Origin: Antedon mediterranea
Taxonomy: Eukaryota; Animalia; Echinodermata
NCBI RefSeq assembly: GCF_964355755.1
Contig: NC_092678.1
Span: 12,894,352-12,958,351 of the forward strand
DNA: 64,000 nucleotides
Direction of reading: 5' to 3'
Both the position numbers and the translations under genes were made by a program. The notes beneath the pieces were generated by a model, which did not search any database, was not told the origin of the DNA, and saw only the letters and a list, made by a program, of their open reading frames with translations. Of this stretch, positions 38,201 through 53,200 are shown one piece after another; positions within the stretch are counted from its first letter, which is position 1; every line of letters begins with the position of its first letter.

Positions 38201-41200
38201 GATAAAACATCTTATTATGTAATAGCACTCACAGCAAATAAGGTCAGTTTATTCTAATTTTATGTTATGTTTATCATAATTTATTTTTAATATTTGATTT
38301 TGTTTTATACATAGTATATTTTCCTTGAACATTCATATATAAATATTTGATAAAACAAAAAAAAAAATTTCCCCGTCTCTTCACAAAGGCCGGGACAATC
38401 ACCAAAAGAATAAAAAGCAGTAAAACATCCTGAAAATACACGATTTTACATTTATTTTTATTATTTCATGCTATTTAAAAAATTTACCGAAATGTGCCTT
38501 TGCGTGAATTGATAATAAAATAGCTTAATGTTTTTATACTTTTGATTAGTTGGTCAAGCTACAAGTAGCAAACTGCAGTCAGTTTATCACATGTGATGAG
38601 TGTATCAGACCAGGTAAACTAGATGCAGATCCTTATTGTGGATGGTGTACACTACACAAAAAGTAAATAGAGTTCTTTTTCTTTTCTTTTTCTTTTCTTT
38701 TTCAATCCCAAATTATTATTTTGTCTTTTCCTAATGCATTCGACAAATTATTAAGATATTTTTGTTTGTTTTTTTATTTTTTTTTCTTTTTCAGATATTT
38801 TTGCAAACAATTATAATAAATGTTAGAAATTAGGTAACTGTCTAAATGCTAAATTATTTCAGGCTTAATTATTTCTTCAATATTTTTATTTTATTTTATA
38901 TATAGTTTTTTAAACAGTTTAAAACAAATCTTAATACAAATAAAGAATTTATATGTTCTTCAGTGCAGATAGCACTTACATTTGTCTTTTTTATTTTAGA
39001 TGTACCAGATTTAAAGAATGCCAACAGTCTCCCTGGTTGCCAAGCAACAGTGCACAATGCATTGAGATTACAAATGTTGAACCACCTTTTATCCCTAAAA
39101 CTTTTGAAAATATCAGCGTGAGTTGTAAAGAACAATTTATTAAATTGTTTTCTAGGCTTTTAATATTTAATAATAAATAACATGCCATTGGCTGGAGAAT
39201 TTTAGCACTACTAAGGCAGGGGTACTAGTACAAACTATATCTATATTATCGGCACATCTATCTTAGGGTTCAAGCCTATCCTTAGCCATAGTAATTCTGG
39301 ACTCAAAACTGGCTGGAGATCCAGTGTACATCTGGCTTGTGATGCTTGTTCAAAAAGGGAATTATCCATTTATATAATAACAAGTTTTAATATGTATGCA
39401 ACTTCATAGCTTAAATGTGTTTATTCATAGATTTCTGTAACTGTTGAGCAACTTCCTTCTTTAAACATCAACCAAAATTATAATTGTACATTTGGTGACT
39501 TTCAATCATCCGCAATAAAAGATGGAGAAACATTGACTTGTAATTCACCACCTTTATCACATGTGCCACAGATACCAACCAGCCAAGGTGAGTTAAACAT
39601 TATGCTAATATGCTTTACTTTCTGTTTTATTGTTCTTTATTTAATGTAACTGTAGCAGTGGCTAGTATTTCACACATGGTATGCATTCTTCTCAGTAGGA
39701 GGTGTATACTATTAATAGCTCATGAGGAAATAGGTTTTTGTACACACACCATGGAGTACAGAAATCATGCACACGTCACTACTCTACATTGGCAACAAGG
39801 GGGATCCCCCAAAGTGACCCTTGTTTTAACCTAGTGATATCTTAGGCTCTGTCTACACTATCAAACTAGATTAACAAAACAAATATGGTAGTGATATGCC
39901 CAAATATGGTAGTGATATCACATCATCCTCTCCATATATGGGCACATAACATATTTTGGTAGTTATTTGCACCAACTATTTAAACCTATCTACCTCGGGA
40001 AAAAGTAAGTAATTAAATATTACATTTAGGTTTTTTGTAGAGATTTTTTGTATTTACCCATGAAATGCATTTGAAATTAAGGCCTAGGCCTACACATTAG
40101 CTAACCTCTAAATAATTTGTTTACAGCTTTTGTAGATGTTATTTTATCAGTTCACTCATCTGTAACTGATGTTGATTTTGTTTCCACTGACTTTACATTC
40201 TTTGACTGCAGTGCCATTACTTCGTAAGTACTGACTGAATTTTTTTATAAGCATGTGTAAAAAATAAACATTTAAAATATTTCAAATTCACTACTTAAAC
40301 TATCACATTTTTTATTGTAAACACACATTTTCTAAAGATAATAACAAAATAAAAGGATCTAAAATTCAAGTGACACATTATTTTAAGGAAATAAATGTTT
40401 ATTTAGTTTCTACTGCACCAGAATGTAAACATAAACTGTAATGTAATGTAAAGTATAGGAATTAAAATAAAATATTGATAATATTGTTGTAATGGGACAG
40501 TTGTAATTGTGTAATACGATACTGTACAAACATGTGTCAGACAGCAGCAACCACGGCTCTTTTGAAAATATAATTCATTTGCACCAACAACAAACAACAG
40601 TAAATAGCCACAACTGGACAACTCTCAATAATGTAACAAGAAATGTAATGCAACAAAAAAAAACCAACCAATTCTCAAACAATCGCCCTTTACAGTATCC
40701 CTATTCCCAATACAATTTATACCATTTTCCAAATTTCCCAATCCTTCCAGACAAAATATCAACAATCTTCTTATTGCCAAATAAATCCTAGAAACCCCCC
40801 TTTCAAATACAATAATATCACAGGATGAATAATTAAACGAATAATAAAGGTCCACAATATCGTTCCTTTTTGTTTTCTCTCCTACGCTGACACAAAAAAA
40901 ATTAGAAAAATAAAAACGATTCTGCAACTAAACAACTCCCACGCCTCTGCTCCTGTTTTGCTGGTATTACCAATTATAATTCTTCCCAAACTGCAACTAT
41001 TTTCTTACATATAAATAAATTAAAAAGAAAGTTAAAATGTTTCTTGATGTCGTTCTGTACTGCAATCCGCTCCCCGACCAATTATTTCTTTCTCCTTTCA
41101 CGTAAAGTTACTCTTCAATATTTTCAACAATTCTTTAAATTCAATTAATTCTACTATTTCCAACAGTTATTTCTTTCTTCAATTTACATACAAAATTTCA

Positions 41201-44200
41201 ATTAATCTTCAGTAATCTCAACAATTAACAGTTCTACATTTAAGTACAGCCTTATAGGATTACTTCCATTTCACTATGTATTTTACTTTATGTATCTCAC
41301 TTTATTTACTTTATGCTTCTGCTTTATCACCACAACAATTACTTTCTTCTCCACTGTACGTCTTGTTTCTCATACCAATGTTCGTTCACCTATCCCTTTC
41401 TTGCTTAACATTTCATCCTTCTCCTGTCTCCTCTCATTTTTCATCTCTTCCCAAATTCCCTCAATTATACACATGCCACCACCTTATCTTTCTCCACCAA
41501 TCAGCAACTCACACACTAACTTAACTCTTATACCTCTTCTCCAATCAGCAACCTCCACACAATCCTTCTCTGCAACACAAATACTCTGCTTCACTAGCTT
41601 CACACAGTAGCTTCCTAAAACAAAAGAAAGGTTCAAATAGTGAAAAACAAAGGGAAAGTAAAAATGGACTAGCAAAATATATATACAACTTTATGTCACA
41701 ATTGTGACAACCAGGGGTGGCGCCAGGATCTTTCCGACGCGGGGGCTAAATTCCCCGACGGGAGGGCAATGCGAGTGAAGCGAGCATCACTTGGCTGGGG
41801 GCCAGGGGGGTGGCAAGGGTCCCTGGTGGGGGTCCAGGTGGGGGAGCCCCCGGAAGCAACACGTTATAGCGTAATTTGAGGCCGTTTTAATCAGATTTAG
41901 GGTAGCCAATTTTTTCAATTTTGTATGGTACATAAATAAAATACTGTGTGAAAAACATATTGCAAGAGGTCCGGTACGATGACTGTGTAAATCCATTCTT
42001 TCAAATTTAAAAATGAAGTTTTTAAAGTTCAATATGTGCCTATCATAGAAAATATACGCGAACGTAAAACCTACCCACGGGCCAAGAGGTATATCGTTAT
42101 AATCGCAGAGACGTAGGCAGGTTGCTGTCTGGGGGTGCGAAAATTGTAAATGCGCGAGATATCCATGGCCTGGTCTGTAAGAAAATTTTGTAAAATAGAG
42201 CTGCTAGGTCCCCGGAAATTGCAATTATACATTGATATAAAACGAAATTACAAGTCTATTATAGAAGAACAAGCCCACCGAGGTTGAGATGGAGCTAAGG
42301 ACATTTAAACAACTAGAGTTGTTAGGTCCCCGGATATTGGATTATAGTATTTCGAAAAAAAGAAACAAAATATATAAGGCTCCAGGACCAGCCATACCAT
42401 TAGTGTTCAGCTGCTAAAAAAATTGTGAAAAATAGACCTGCTAGGTACCTGGAAATTGCATTTATATAGGCCCATATTGATAAATGAAACGAAATTATAA
42501 GTCTACAGAACCAGAGCTAAGAAAATTGTCAAAAATAGAGCTGCTAGGTCCCTGCAAAACATTGAAATATGAAACGAAATTATAGGTCCAGCCCACCATG
42601 GTTGGGGTGGACCTAAGAACATTCTGAAAAATAGAGTAGAGCTAGGTCCCGGAAATTTAACTTATTATACTTCGAAGCATAAAACAAGATATATACCGGT
42701 ACGTCTCCAGAACCAGCCCTACCATGGATATTTAAAAAAATTGAAAAAATAGAGTTCTAGGTTCAATGCACTGACTGTATATTGTACATCGAAATATGAA
42801 ACAAAATGTACGGTAAGTATACATGACCAGCTCTATAATTGGGGACGGTTGAGCTAAGACAATTTTGAAAACTAGAGATGCAGGTCTTCAAAAATTACAC
42901 CTATACTTTAAAAAAATTCAGACATAGAGGCCTAAACAAGTTACCCTTTTTACCTTTTATTTGGAGGGGAATGCATCCACAAGCGTAGCATCTACGGGGG
43001 CTCTAGCCCCCTCGTCGGGGAGCCTAGCCCCCCCGTCGGGGAACACGGGTACTTTTTGTTGGGGAATATAACATTCAGTAAAAAACGTTCGCGTTCACTT
43101 CATATAGCTTCAGCGCCTAGAAAACCACGACGTTCCATTGACCGTGAGAGTACGTCAGAGGGCTATTATGCACTTTTATGCATTCATTATTGCCAGAGAT
43201 CTAACTACTAATTGCCAGAGATCTAACTACTAAACAATAGCTAGTACGCACTCGACTGGGTCGAGACGCGTGATATCATGTTCCATCCAGGGACCAAAAT
43301 GTGTAATGTAGTTATTTTCCAGGCGATGTTTACCGACGGTTACCGAAGGGAACACGGGTACTTTTTGTCGGGGAATATAATATACAATAAACAAGAATAT
43401 TTCTTACAAAAAACGCTGCTCGCTTATTGGTATTGCTAAGGTCCAGTCTGGGGGTCACTTCATCACGCCTAGATACTTCAAGTATCCTATTACAAACAAA
43501 AACTTCAATGGACTGTTTTGATAATAATTCAATGATTATCTGACAGCGAATTATATCATGGGACTCATAAATACCAGAATGCTTTGGGATTTGTCATTAG
43601 ACTCTTTTCTCAGCCGTTTTTGGATTCAACAGGTGGTACCAATAAATTATAGTGGAGTTTCCATTTTAACAAAAATGTCAAAGTGTAGTACTATAAAGCT
43701 GCTTGATTTCATCTAATGAATGAGTCATCTCGTGTGACGTAGCGGGCTAGAGCAGCAGCGTGAAAACGTTCGCGTTCACTTGGTAGCTTCAGCGCCTAGA
43801 AAACCGCGACGTCTCATTGACCGTGAGAGTACGTCAGAGTGCTATTATGCAATTTATATGCATTCATTATTGCCAGCGATCTAACTTACTACTAAACATT
43901 AGCTAGGTACGCACTTGTCTGGCGGAATCCTTTTGTACGAATCGTTCGAGACGCGTGATATCATGTTCCATCCAGGGACCAAAATGTGTAATGTAGTTAT
44001 TTTCCAGGCGAAGTTTACCGACGGTTCGGGTACTTTTTGTCGTGGAATATAATTCGTTCGCGTTCACTTCGTAGCTTCAGCGCCTAGAAAACTTCGACGT
44101 TTCATTGACCGTGAGAGTACGTCAGAGTGATATTATGCACTTTATATGCATTCATTATTGCCAGCGATCTAACTTACTACTAAACAATAGCTACAAGTAC

Positions 44201-47200
44201 GCACTTGTCTGGCGGTATCCCTTTGTACGAATCGTTCAACGTTGGGTTGTGATATCATGTTCCATCCAGGGACCAAAATGTGTACTGTAGTTATTTTCCA
44301 GGCGAAGTTTACCGACGGTTACGTTGTGTACTGTGTCGACGTACGCTACACTACAGCAAAAACGAATTATGTTAATTGTTCGTATGTTCACCAATATTTT
44401 AATTTACAAGTAACCTTTTGTACCGTGGGGCACCTAAAATAAATATTTCATCCATTACTAAACAAAAAAACATGCCATTTTCGCTTAGCCAACATCTTAT
44501 TATAGCTAAGTTATTAAATTTTCAATGTCTTGTATGTCATGACTCTCTCACCACTCGGAAGTCGGGTGTCACGAAAGCTCAGACCACGAAAGCTCAGACC
44601 CCCTAAGACCTAAGATCACGAAAGCTAAGACCCAACACCTAAGATTACAAATACTAAGATATACTACAGCTTAAAAACAATACTTGTTTATCCATACATA
44701 ATTTTAAACACAGTAGGTTTCATTTATTACCATAAATATAATTTAATACTACCGAAAAACATAGATAAACTCACATTATTTTCGCCCGTTGAGTAAATGT
44801 ATATTTTTTCTTTACAACAAACAAACTTGTTGTTGGTATATATTTACTCCATTGTGTTGCTTCAGAGGATGTTTTTCTTACGCACCTGCCTTTCTTGTAT
44901 TTTGACTCCAAATTTGTTGACTAACTTTATCCTGAACACCACACTTTAAAATTAGGACTTATAAGTACTTTCAGAAGGAGAAACACATAATAACATATAA
45001 ATAAATCCTTTAAATTGATGATTTTACAGATGTGTTTCTTTGTATACTGTAATGACAATGTAACTCCTCGAGCTCCCCATGCTCAATGTTTTTGTTTCTA
45101 TGGAGCGCCAAAAGAGCAACAATAATAGTACAAGTATAAAAACAGAAAGAAAACGAAACAAAAAAACTTATCATGATTTTTAAATTACAATTTATTTGCC
45201 AGTATTTATTTCTTCGTACTTGCATGATTATACTATTATCATAACAATTTTAATTTTACATTGTTCCATCCACACTGTAGATATGGACTCCACAGAGTTT
45301 TCAGCCCTCTATATAATTTTTGCTCTTTTGACGTTCCATAGAAACAAAAACATTGAACATGGCCCATGGGGTAGGCCTACTGTACTGTAGGCTAGTCATT
45401 TTGTGTGCGAGAAAAACGTCTGTAAAATCATCAATTTAAAAATGTATTTGTTACTTTTTATGTGATTCTTTTTCATGAAAGTGCCAATTCTAAGGTGTGG
45501 TATTCAGAATAAAAATGTTGGGAGTTAAAATACAAGGCAGGTGCGAAAGATAAATATTTGTAATCTTAGGTGTTGGGTCTTAGCTTTCGTGATCTTAGGT
45601 CTTAGGGGGTCTGAGCTTTCGTGACACCCCTCGGAACTCCAGATGGTACGCAGGCATACACTTGGGAGGAATAAACTTATTTCCCCGACTGAAAAAGGTC
45701 TACGCTTGCGTTTTTTAAGCCTCTAGGCCTGATGTTTCCAAAGTATAAAATGCAATTTTTTGAAGACCTGCAGCTCTAGTTTGAAACATTTTCTTAGCTC
45801 AGCCCCAACAATAAAGCTGGTCATATTTCGAAGTACAAGAAGTGCATTTTCCGGGACCTAACATCTCTATTTTTCAAACATTTCTTAGCTCAGTCACAAC
45901 CATGATAGGGACTTATATATTTTGTTTCATGTTTTGAAGTATAATAAGTCCAATTTCCAGGACCTCCAACTCTATTTTTCTAAATTTCTTTGAACTTTTA
46001 TTTTTTAAATTGAAAAATATGGATTGAAACAGTCATCACGCATCGTTTTTTGCACGCAGTATTTTATTTATGCATTATAAAAAATGGAAAAAATGGCTAC
46101 TCTAAATCTGATTAAAATGACCTCAAATGACGCTAGAACGCGTTGCTTCCGGGGCCTTCGCCCCCTGGACCCCCACCGGGGGCCCTTGGCGGCCCCTGGC
46201 CCCCAGCCTTGTGATGCTCGCTTCGCTCGCATAGCCCCCTCGTCAGGGAATGTAGCCCCCGCGTCGGGAAGATCCTGGCGCCACCTCTGTATCACGCGTA
46301 AACCGCAATGGGCCGGGCCCAATGTTAAACGATTCGTACAAAGGGACACCGCCAGACAAGTGCATACCTCTTGTTTATTAGATCGCTGGCAATAATGCAT
46401 GCATAATAAAGTGTAATAGCCCTCCGACGTACTTAACAAAAATGGAACTTCGCGGTTTTCTAGTCGCTGAAGCTACGAAGTGAACGCGAATGATTTTTAC
46501 TTTATATTATATTCCCCGACGAAAAGTACTCGCGTTCCCCGACGTGGGGCTAGGCTCCCCGACGAGGGGGCTACAGCCCTCGTAGCCCCCCCCCCCGCTG
46601 GCGCCACCACTGGTGACAACATGTACAAAGCATACGAGATTGGTTCTTTATATTTCAAATATATTTTGGATTGTGAACATAACACATATTTATAGCTCTG
46701 AGGGAATTAATAAACAGAATCAAATATTTAAAACCATAATGTGTCAACACTTAATAAGTATTGTTTTATTCTTCAGTATTTGAAATCAGATATACAATAT
46801 TTCATTAAAGTTAACCAATAAAACTTAGTTTTAAGACATTTTGCAACAAGGAACTATCAACTTATCAGTTATGGGTTGTGTTTAGTTTATTTGTATTACA
46901 TTAGGCCCTATTTATAATCAAATAAAAGAAAGGTCCCCTTAATCAACTTGAGTTTGTAAGGCAATGAAATACTATTTTTAATCATCTTTATTCTTATAAT
47001 TTGTAATTATGTTTTGAAAATTAAAATAGTATCAATCAAGCTCTTGAGTTGTTCCAACATTTCTGAAAAACAAAATAAATATCTGGTTGCTTATAAAAGC
47101 ATGCCAACACCTTAGAGCACACTAAGGTTTTCCAACAAATATCCAGAACTTTTGGATTCTTAAGAACATTGTGATTTTTCCAGCTTAGTTTCTAATTTTA

Positions 47201-50200
47201 ACTGACAGAAAGTTGACTGTATATGTCATAAATCATACTACAGGAAGGAATTTAGTTTAGATTGTAATAGAAAACTATTTATGTGGCGTATTTACACATT
47301 TTTAAAACATAGCTGTTGAGAGACCAAACTTAAGTTGTACGGTACTCAATTATATATTGTATTTGGCCTCATCATAAATACTTATTTTGACTAAATTTTC
47401 CCAGGGTGATACTCACACCATGTTTAAAAACAGTTACTGGGTTAATTTCGTACCATGTACTGTGAATTATTTTCTCCCATTGTTCAAAGTAATATTAACA
47501 ATATACATCAAAATAGTATACAGTAGACCCCTAGAGGACACTATTGGGATCTAAAAAAATCTCCTTTTTAAACTTTAGCAAACTGTGATGCGTTTGCACT
47601 GGTCATTACCTCAACAAATTACTGTTTACATTTGTGCTCAGAATTGTTAAATAAATACAATAGATCATTATGTTAATTCAGTGATTTGAGGCCCAGTCTA
47701 GGTGTTCCTTTTGTAAGGGTTGGCCGCAGTGTTAAAACAGTGCCCCTCGTTTGGCAGTAAAATGTCCCCTGAGGAGTAGAAAAATGATAGTATATGATTT
47801 AATAATTATCTTTAATAACATCTTTATATCGTTGACATTACATAAGATAACTAGAGGGTACTCTGAAAGTACAAACTTCCGCCTACTGTAAAATTCCCGG
47901 CCCCTATGATATTTTATTATTATTATTATTTTTTTATTTCTTTTTTTGTGGACCTTCTTCTTTGACCCTGACCCTTTGCGGCCAAATTTGGTGAGAATCG
48001 GATAAAAACTGTGGCCTCCAGGCTGTTCCCAGACACACACACACAAAAATACAGGGGTGAAAATATAACCTCATTGGCGGAGGTAATGATTGGCACTTTG
48101 TTATTTGTTGTGCAAAATAAGTAAAAGATATTTTACTTTTTAACAATGTTATTTTGTTTTATTTTCAATACTGTAGCTGTTCTGAATGTGCTTCAAGTTT
48201 TACTTGTGATTGGTGTGTCTACGACAATAAATGTACCCATAATACATTAACATTGTGCACAGCAGACGACAAAATTATTTTTAATGGAAACGTAAGTAAT
48301 TATGACTTTTTTTCCCTTTTTGTTCTGTATAATCAAATGGAAGCTGAACTTCTATTGCTCACTTTTTAAGACAACATGGTATAGGCTAATTGTTTTTGGA
48401 AGGGGTTGGGCAAGGTGCGAATGGGTTGCTCAGTATGACACTAATGGAAATTATTAGTATGATGTGGCTGATGCATGCCTTGTGTCCTTAGGCAAGATAC
48501 TTCAATCTATGCAGATGGAATATTGGGTGCGAGGTATAGAACTTAATGGAGTATTCTTTATATTGTAGTGATGTTTGTCGGTATTTTACAGTAGTTACCA
48601 CGGTTCGTATTAACACTAACAGTTTCCATTATATCCTCTACAGTTATCGGTGTGAAAAACAAACAGAAGATTATCTATGTAATTATTGCATCCAAAATGT
48701 TTAATTATGTTATTGTTATCACTTATAAGCTATTGTTTAAATATGTAGGCAGTATCACCACCAAATGGTTTTCAAGGTCAAGGGTCATGTCCACAAATTT
48801 ATCAACCAAATGAGGAACTTATTCATGCAAATATACGGAAAGAAGTCAGAATACCAATTATGAATTTACCAAATGCTACAAAGGTAAACATTTAAAGTTG
48901 ATAATTTTATGAATTTTCATAATTTATTTCCTCCATGATAATTTACACTGAAATAAACTGAACTTTAATTCATTCATTTATTGAAAATTAAAAACCTTTC
49001 ACTCTCCACAAATAAACTTTTTTTCAACTCTTGAGTTTTACTACTGTATAGTCATGATAATACACTGCATGATTTCAACTGACCAATAATGTTATTCCAT
49101 TCAATGTTTATATTCCATTCAAAATGTGAATGGAAAAGAAGTTTTACCCATTGACAGACTAAGTTATTTAAACTTTCTTCCTGTTTTATAGCAGGCAATT
49201 TGCACTTAAATTCTTTTTATAAAACTTATCAGCTGGTAAAAGTGCACTACTAAAAACTTCAATGAATTTGTAGATTAAGTACTATATTAATGAAGTTTTG
49301 ATACTTTTAGTTTGCAATGAATATTGTTAGAGTAAGATGGCCAGACAACAACTAAATCTCAGAAAATCATATATTGGTGTTAACATATACATATAAGCTC
49401 AATGCCAGCCGTGAGCGAACAGAGAGCGAACAATAGCACACTGTTCATTAAATACAGAGTTGTTACTTAATCACAGGAGGACCATGCAATATGCTAATTA
49501 GCCATGGGTCACAATATTATATAAATAACTTAATTATAAAATAATTAAAGGAACTTGAAGCGTAGTAGTGAGATGTGTGTGAGATTTCCGTCTACTTTAA
49601 GGTTCCAGGAATCAATTCCCGCAAGAGATACAGTTGGGTATTAATATAGAATTGTTTAATAGGTAGGAAAGTTTACTTCATAATGTAGAAAAACACCAAT
49701 ATACACCTACCTAGATTATACATGTTCATTTATTTGTCTGAGCTGTTTATTGTAGATAAACAGCTATGAATGTGAGTTGGAAATTGAAACACAAACTGTC
49801 AGGATTCCAGCAACAGTTGATGAATCAAACTCAAATATCACATGTTCACAATACACTGTAAGTATAGTAGCAACCAAGACATTTGAACAGCATCAAATCA
49901 AATAGCATTTAGTTACATTTTCAAATGCATAATGAAACAAAGATATTACATTAAAGTTGACACATTGTAGTACAACCATGGACCTATATGTCCATGGTAC
50001 TTCTTATCATGTACATACACGTCTTACAAACCTCTTGTTAAAGAGTGCTTGATAATTAATCTCAATAGCAAGAGATATACAAAAAGTTATTATAACTATA
50101 TGTAATTAAATTTATGTTTTCTGATTTTGTTAGAAGTGGTTTATAAAGTTTTTTTTATTAATTTTCTATTCATAAATTTACTCTGTAATAATTATTTATT

Positions 50201-53200
50201 AAACTTAGGCCTAAATCTATTTTTAAAAACCACAAAACAAAAATTGATAGAGATATTATTTTAAAATGAATGGATGTATCTAGCTTGTTACTTAATAATT
50301 ATTTCTACCAATACCATGTTAGTTAATTCATATACACTAGAATTCTCGATAACAACTCCACTTCCAAAAACTTGTTGTTTCATATGGAACGCCGTTTACG
50401 CAACATTTCGATGATATGAATTGTATGACGCGATATGTGAATGAAATGCATCGATATGAATTGAATGGCGCGATATTTGAATGAAATGTTTTGAATTGAA
50501 TGCTTTGAATTGAATATTTTGAATGAAATGTTTTGAATAAAATGTTTTGAATGCAATGTTTTGAATGAAATTTTTTGAATGAAATGTTTTGAATGAAATG
50601 TTTTGAATGAAATGTTTTGAATGTACCCTCATCTCCTTTCCACGCTGTCATCAATATGGATCCTTTACAGAGAATGCTAACAGACCTGAAACAGTGTAAT
50701 ACATATTTCCAAATCCAGGTCTGTAAGGATTCTCTGTAAAGGCAACGTGGAAAAGAGATGAGGGTACCCAGGCTTAGGCATAAGAGGTTGAGAAAAAAAT
50801 CGCGAACGGGAATGACATACGCCGCCAATAGTTTGACTTTTCAATTCAATTCAAACATTTCATTCAAAAAATTTCATTCAAAACATTTCGTTCAGAACAT
50901 TTCGTTCAAAACATTTCATTCAAAACATTTCATTCAAAACAATAAATTCAAAGCATTCAATTCATTCATATATCGCGCCATTCAATTCATATCGATGCAT
51001 TTCATTCACATATCGCGTCATAAAATTCATATCATCGAAATGTTGCGTAAACGGCGTTCCATAGTTTCAGGAAGTTTTTGTGGTATAATTTTCCTGTAAA
51101 TGTCATATTTCATTTTGGCATTATTGTGTACTTTTAATGGCTTTTTGGAAAACATTTCTTTCTATCTAGTATGACTACACAGCTAAGGACAAGCAGGAAG
51201 TAAACGCATATATTAAAGTATTTTGGAACGACAATGAAATTGACAATGCTTATCAAGGTTGGTTTCACCTGATTGTTTACATTGATAAATATCATTAAAT
51301 CAATTATTTACTTGGTAAACATAACATCATACATTTTGTTATCATATATCCACATACCCCTGTTCAATTTTCCATTAAAAAAAAATGTAACTCCTGAAAC
51401 AAATACAGTATTCCTAGTACCTCTTTAACAACCCTATTTTTATATTGACTGTTTCTGCTTATTTTGTGCTCCCAAAAAACCAGTAAATCAGTGTGCGGTG
51501 TATAGTGGACAAAAAAAACGGTAAGATTACCCAAAATGCTGAGAACCGCTCAAGCTTTGGAATGCTACTGTAGTTCACCCAAGGTTAACTACAATCAATC
51601 AAATTATGCACAAACATTTATTTATTTTGTGAATGCCATTTAACAACCACAAATCTGTCTCATTTATGCTACAAATTAGGGATAATTTATTCAAACAGTT
51701 ATTAACCAAAAAAAAGAACATTATACAGTTATTAACAGCTTAAAAACAGTCAACTGAAAATTCTTTAAGCTCGCCCAAACTGTCATATTCTTGAAAGTCT
51801 GGTTTTCCAAATAAATTTTACATACAGTTTTAGTTAAGTATAAACAGAATTCAACGCTTTTGTTCAACTTGATTTCAGACAAACTGTCCACATGTAAATA
51901 CAATAAAAACATTTGAACATTATGATAGGTTCCTGGTTCAGATATTCAGAGATGTGGTTTCAGCTGACACTGACAGACAATTAAGTGTTTTTAACATAGT
52001 ACAATTGTTCTTTAATGAACATATTAAATGGTTGTTTAAATTTTAAACAGGAAGTTTAACAACAATTTACTTTACTAAGTATTGACTCAACACCACATTG
52101 TTCAAACAACAGGATGTATATAATTACAGTCAATTTGTTTGTATACTATAAACCCCTACTTCATTCCCTTTATTGTTCTGGTGTCATTCTGTGCAAATAA
52201 TATTATACCCATAATGGATGGATAATGTGTATTTGTTTGAATAATTATTAGTTACAGTTTTTAGTTTATCCTTAAATGTTATCATGACATATGTCTTGTC
52301 ATAATACATATATAATATTAATGTTATCTACTCTCATCCAACCAGGCTTTGAGACGTGTTTTCAAAACCTGGTAAATAAAACCAATTTATTAAATATCAT
52401 GTGTTAGCATACAGCCATTTTATACGAACGCTGTCAAAATATGATAAAAATATGTATCATTCTTTTTTTATGTTGTTTTTGGCATTTTAATATTCAAAAC
52501 AAAGTCACAAGATCATAACTGATAGTGACACCTTCGTAATATGCTAATGATATGATATTTTGTCAGTTAATGCTTCATTTTTACATTTAATTTCTCTACT
52601 TTTATTTACCAGTCACATTGTACAAGTGTAGTGTTCAACGTCCAGACTGCAGTCGATGCTATTCAATGAACACCACTAGGTCTGGACTTGATTGTGTCTG
52701 GTGTACTGGAGACCAATGTTCCTACAGTCCATTGTGTTCATCAATAGTGAATGAATGTCCATCACCTGTCATTATTCAGGTAATTTGAATCATTTTATCT
52801 TCCTTTAAAATCCAGCACTCTAGCCTAACTTAAATTTGTTTGAAATGTTGTTTGCTAGTCGCCCTCTATTACTCGTTCATCTATATATAAATTTACGTAA
52901 GGGCAAAATTCGGTAAATCGCGCCTTACTTTAGAATGTAAAGTTGGTTCGTACTTTCGGTACTGATTTTAACCACCTGATGTAACCCTGTTTACTAATTA
53001 AATTAAGTTAGATAATTAGTTATTGACGATTAAAACGAATTTAGGTTCAACGATTTGCCCCAGATAGGGGTGTTTTCCGATCGTGGTATACACTGTCTAA
53101 TGGATGTCCATCTTGAAAAATACCCGCCACAAAAATGCGAGGAGGCTTCGCATTTTCCTATCTCCTCCTACGATAATTGTTTTTAATAGCTGAAAACCGG

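Noticed and set aside
40380-41640. Possible LINE endonuclease remnant on the minus strand
   Set aside because: Composition is suggestive, but no motif could be read with confidence.
50337-51099. Repetitive ORFs (KHFIQNISFKTFHS)
   Set aside because: These are translations of the 14-bp subterminal repeats of a MITE.
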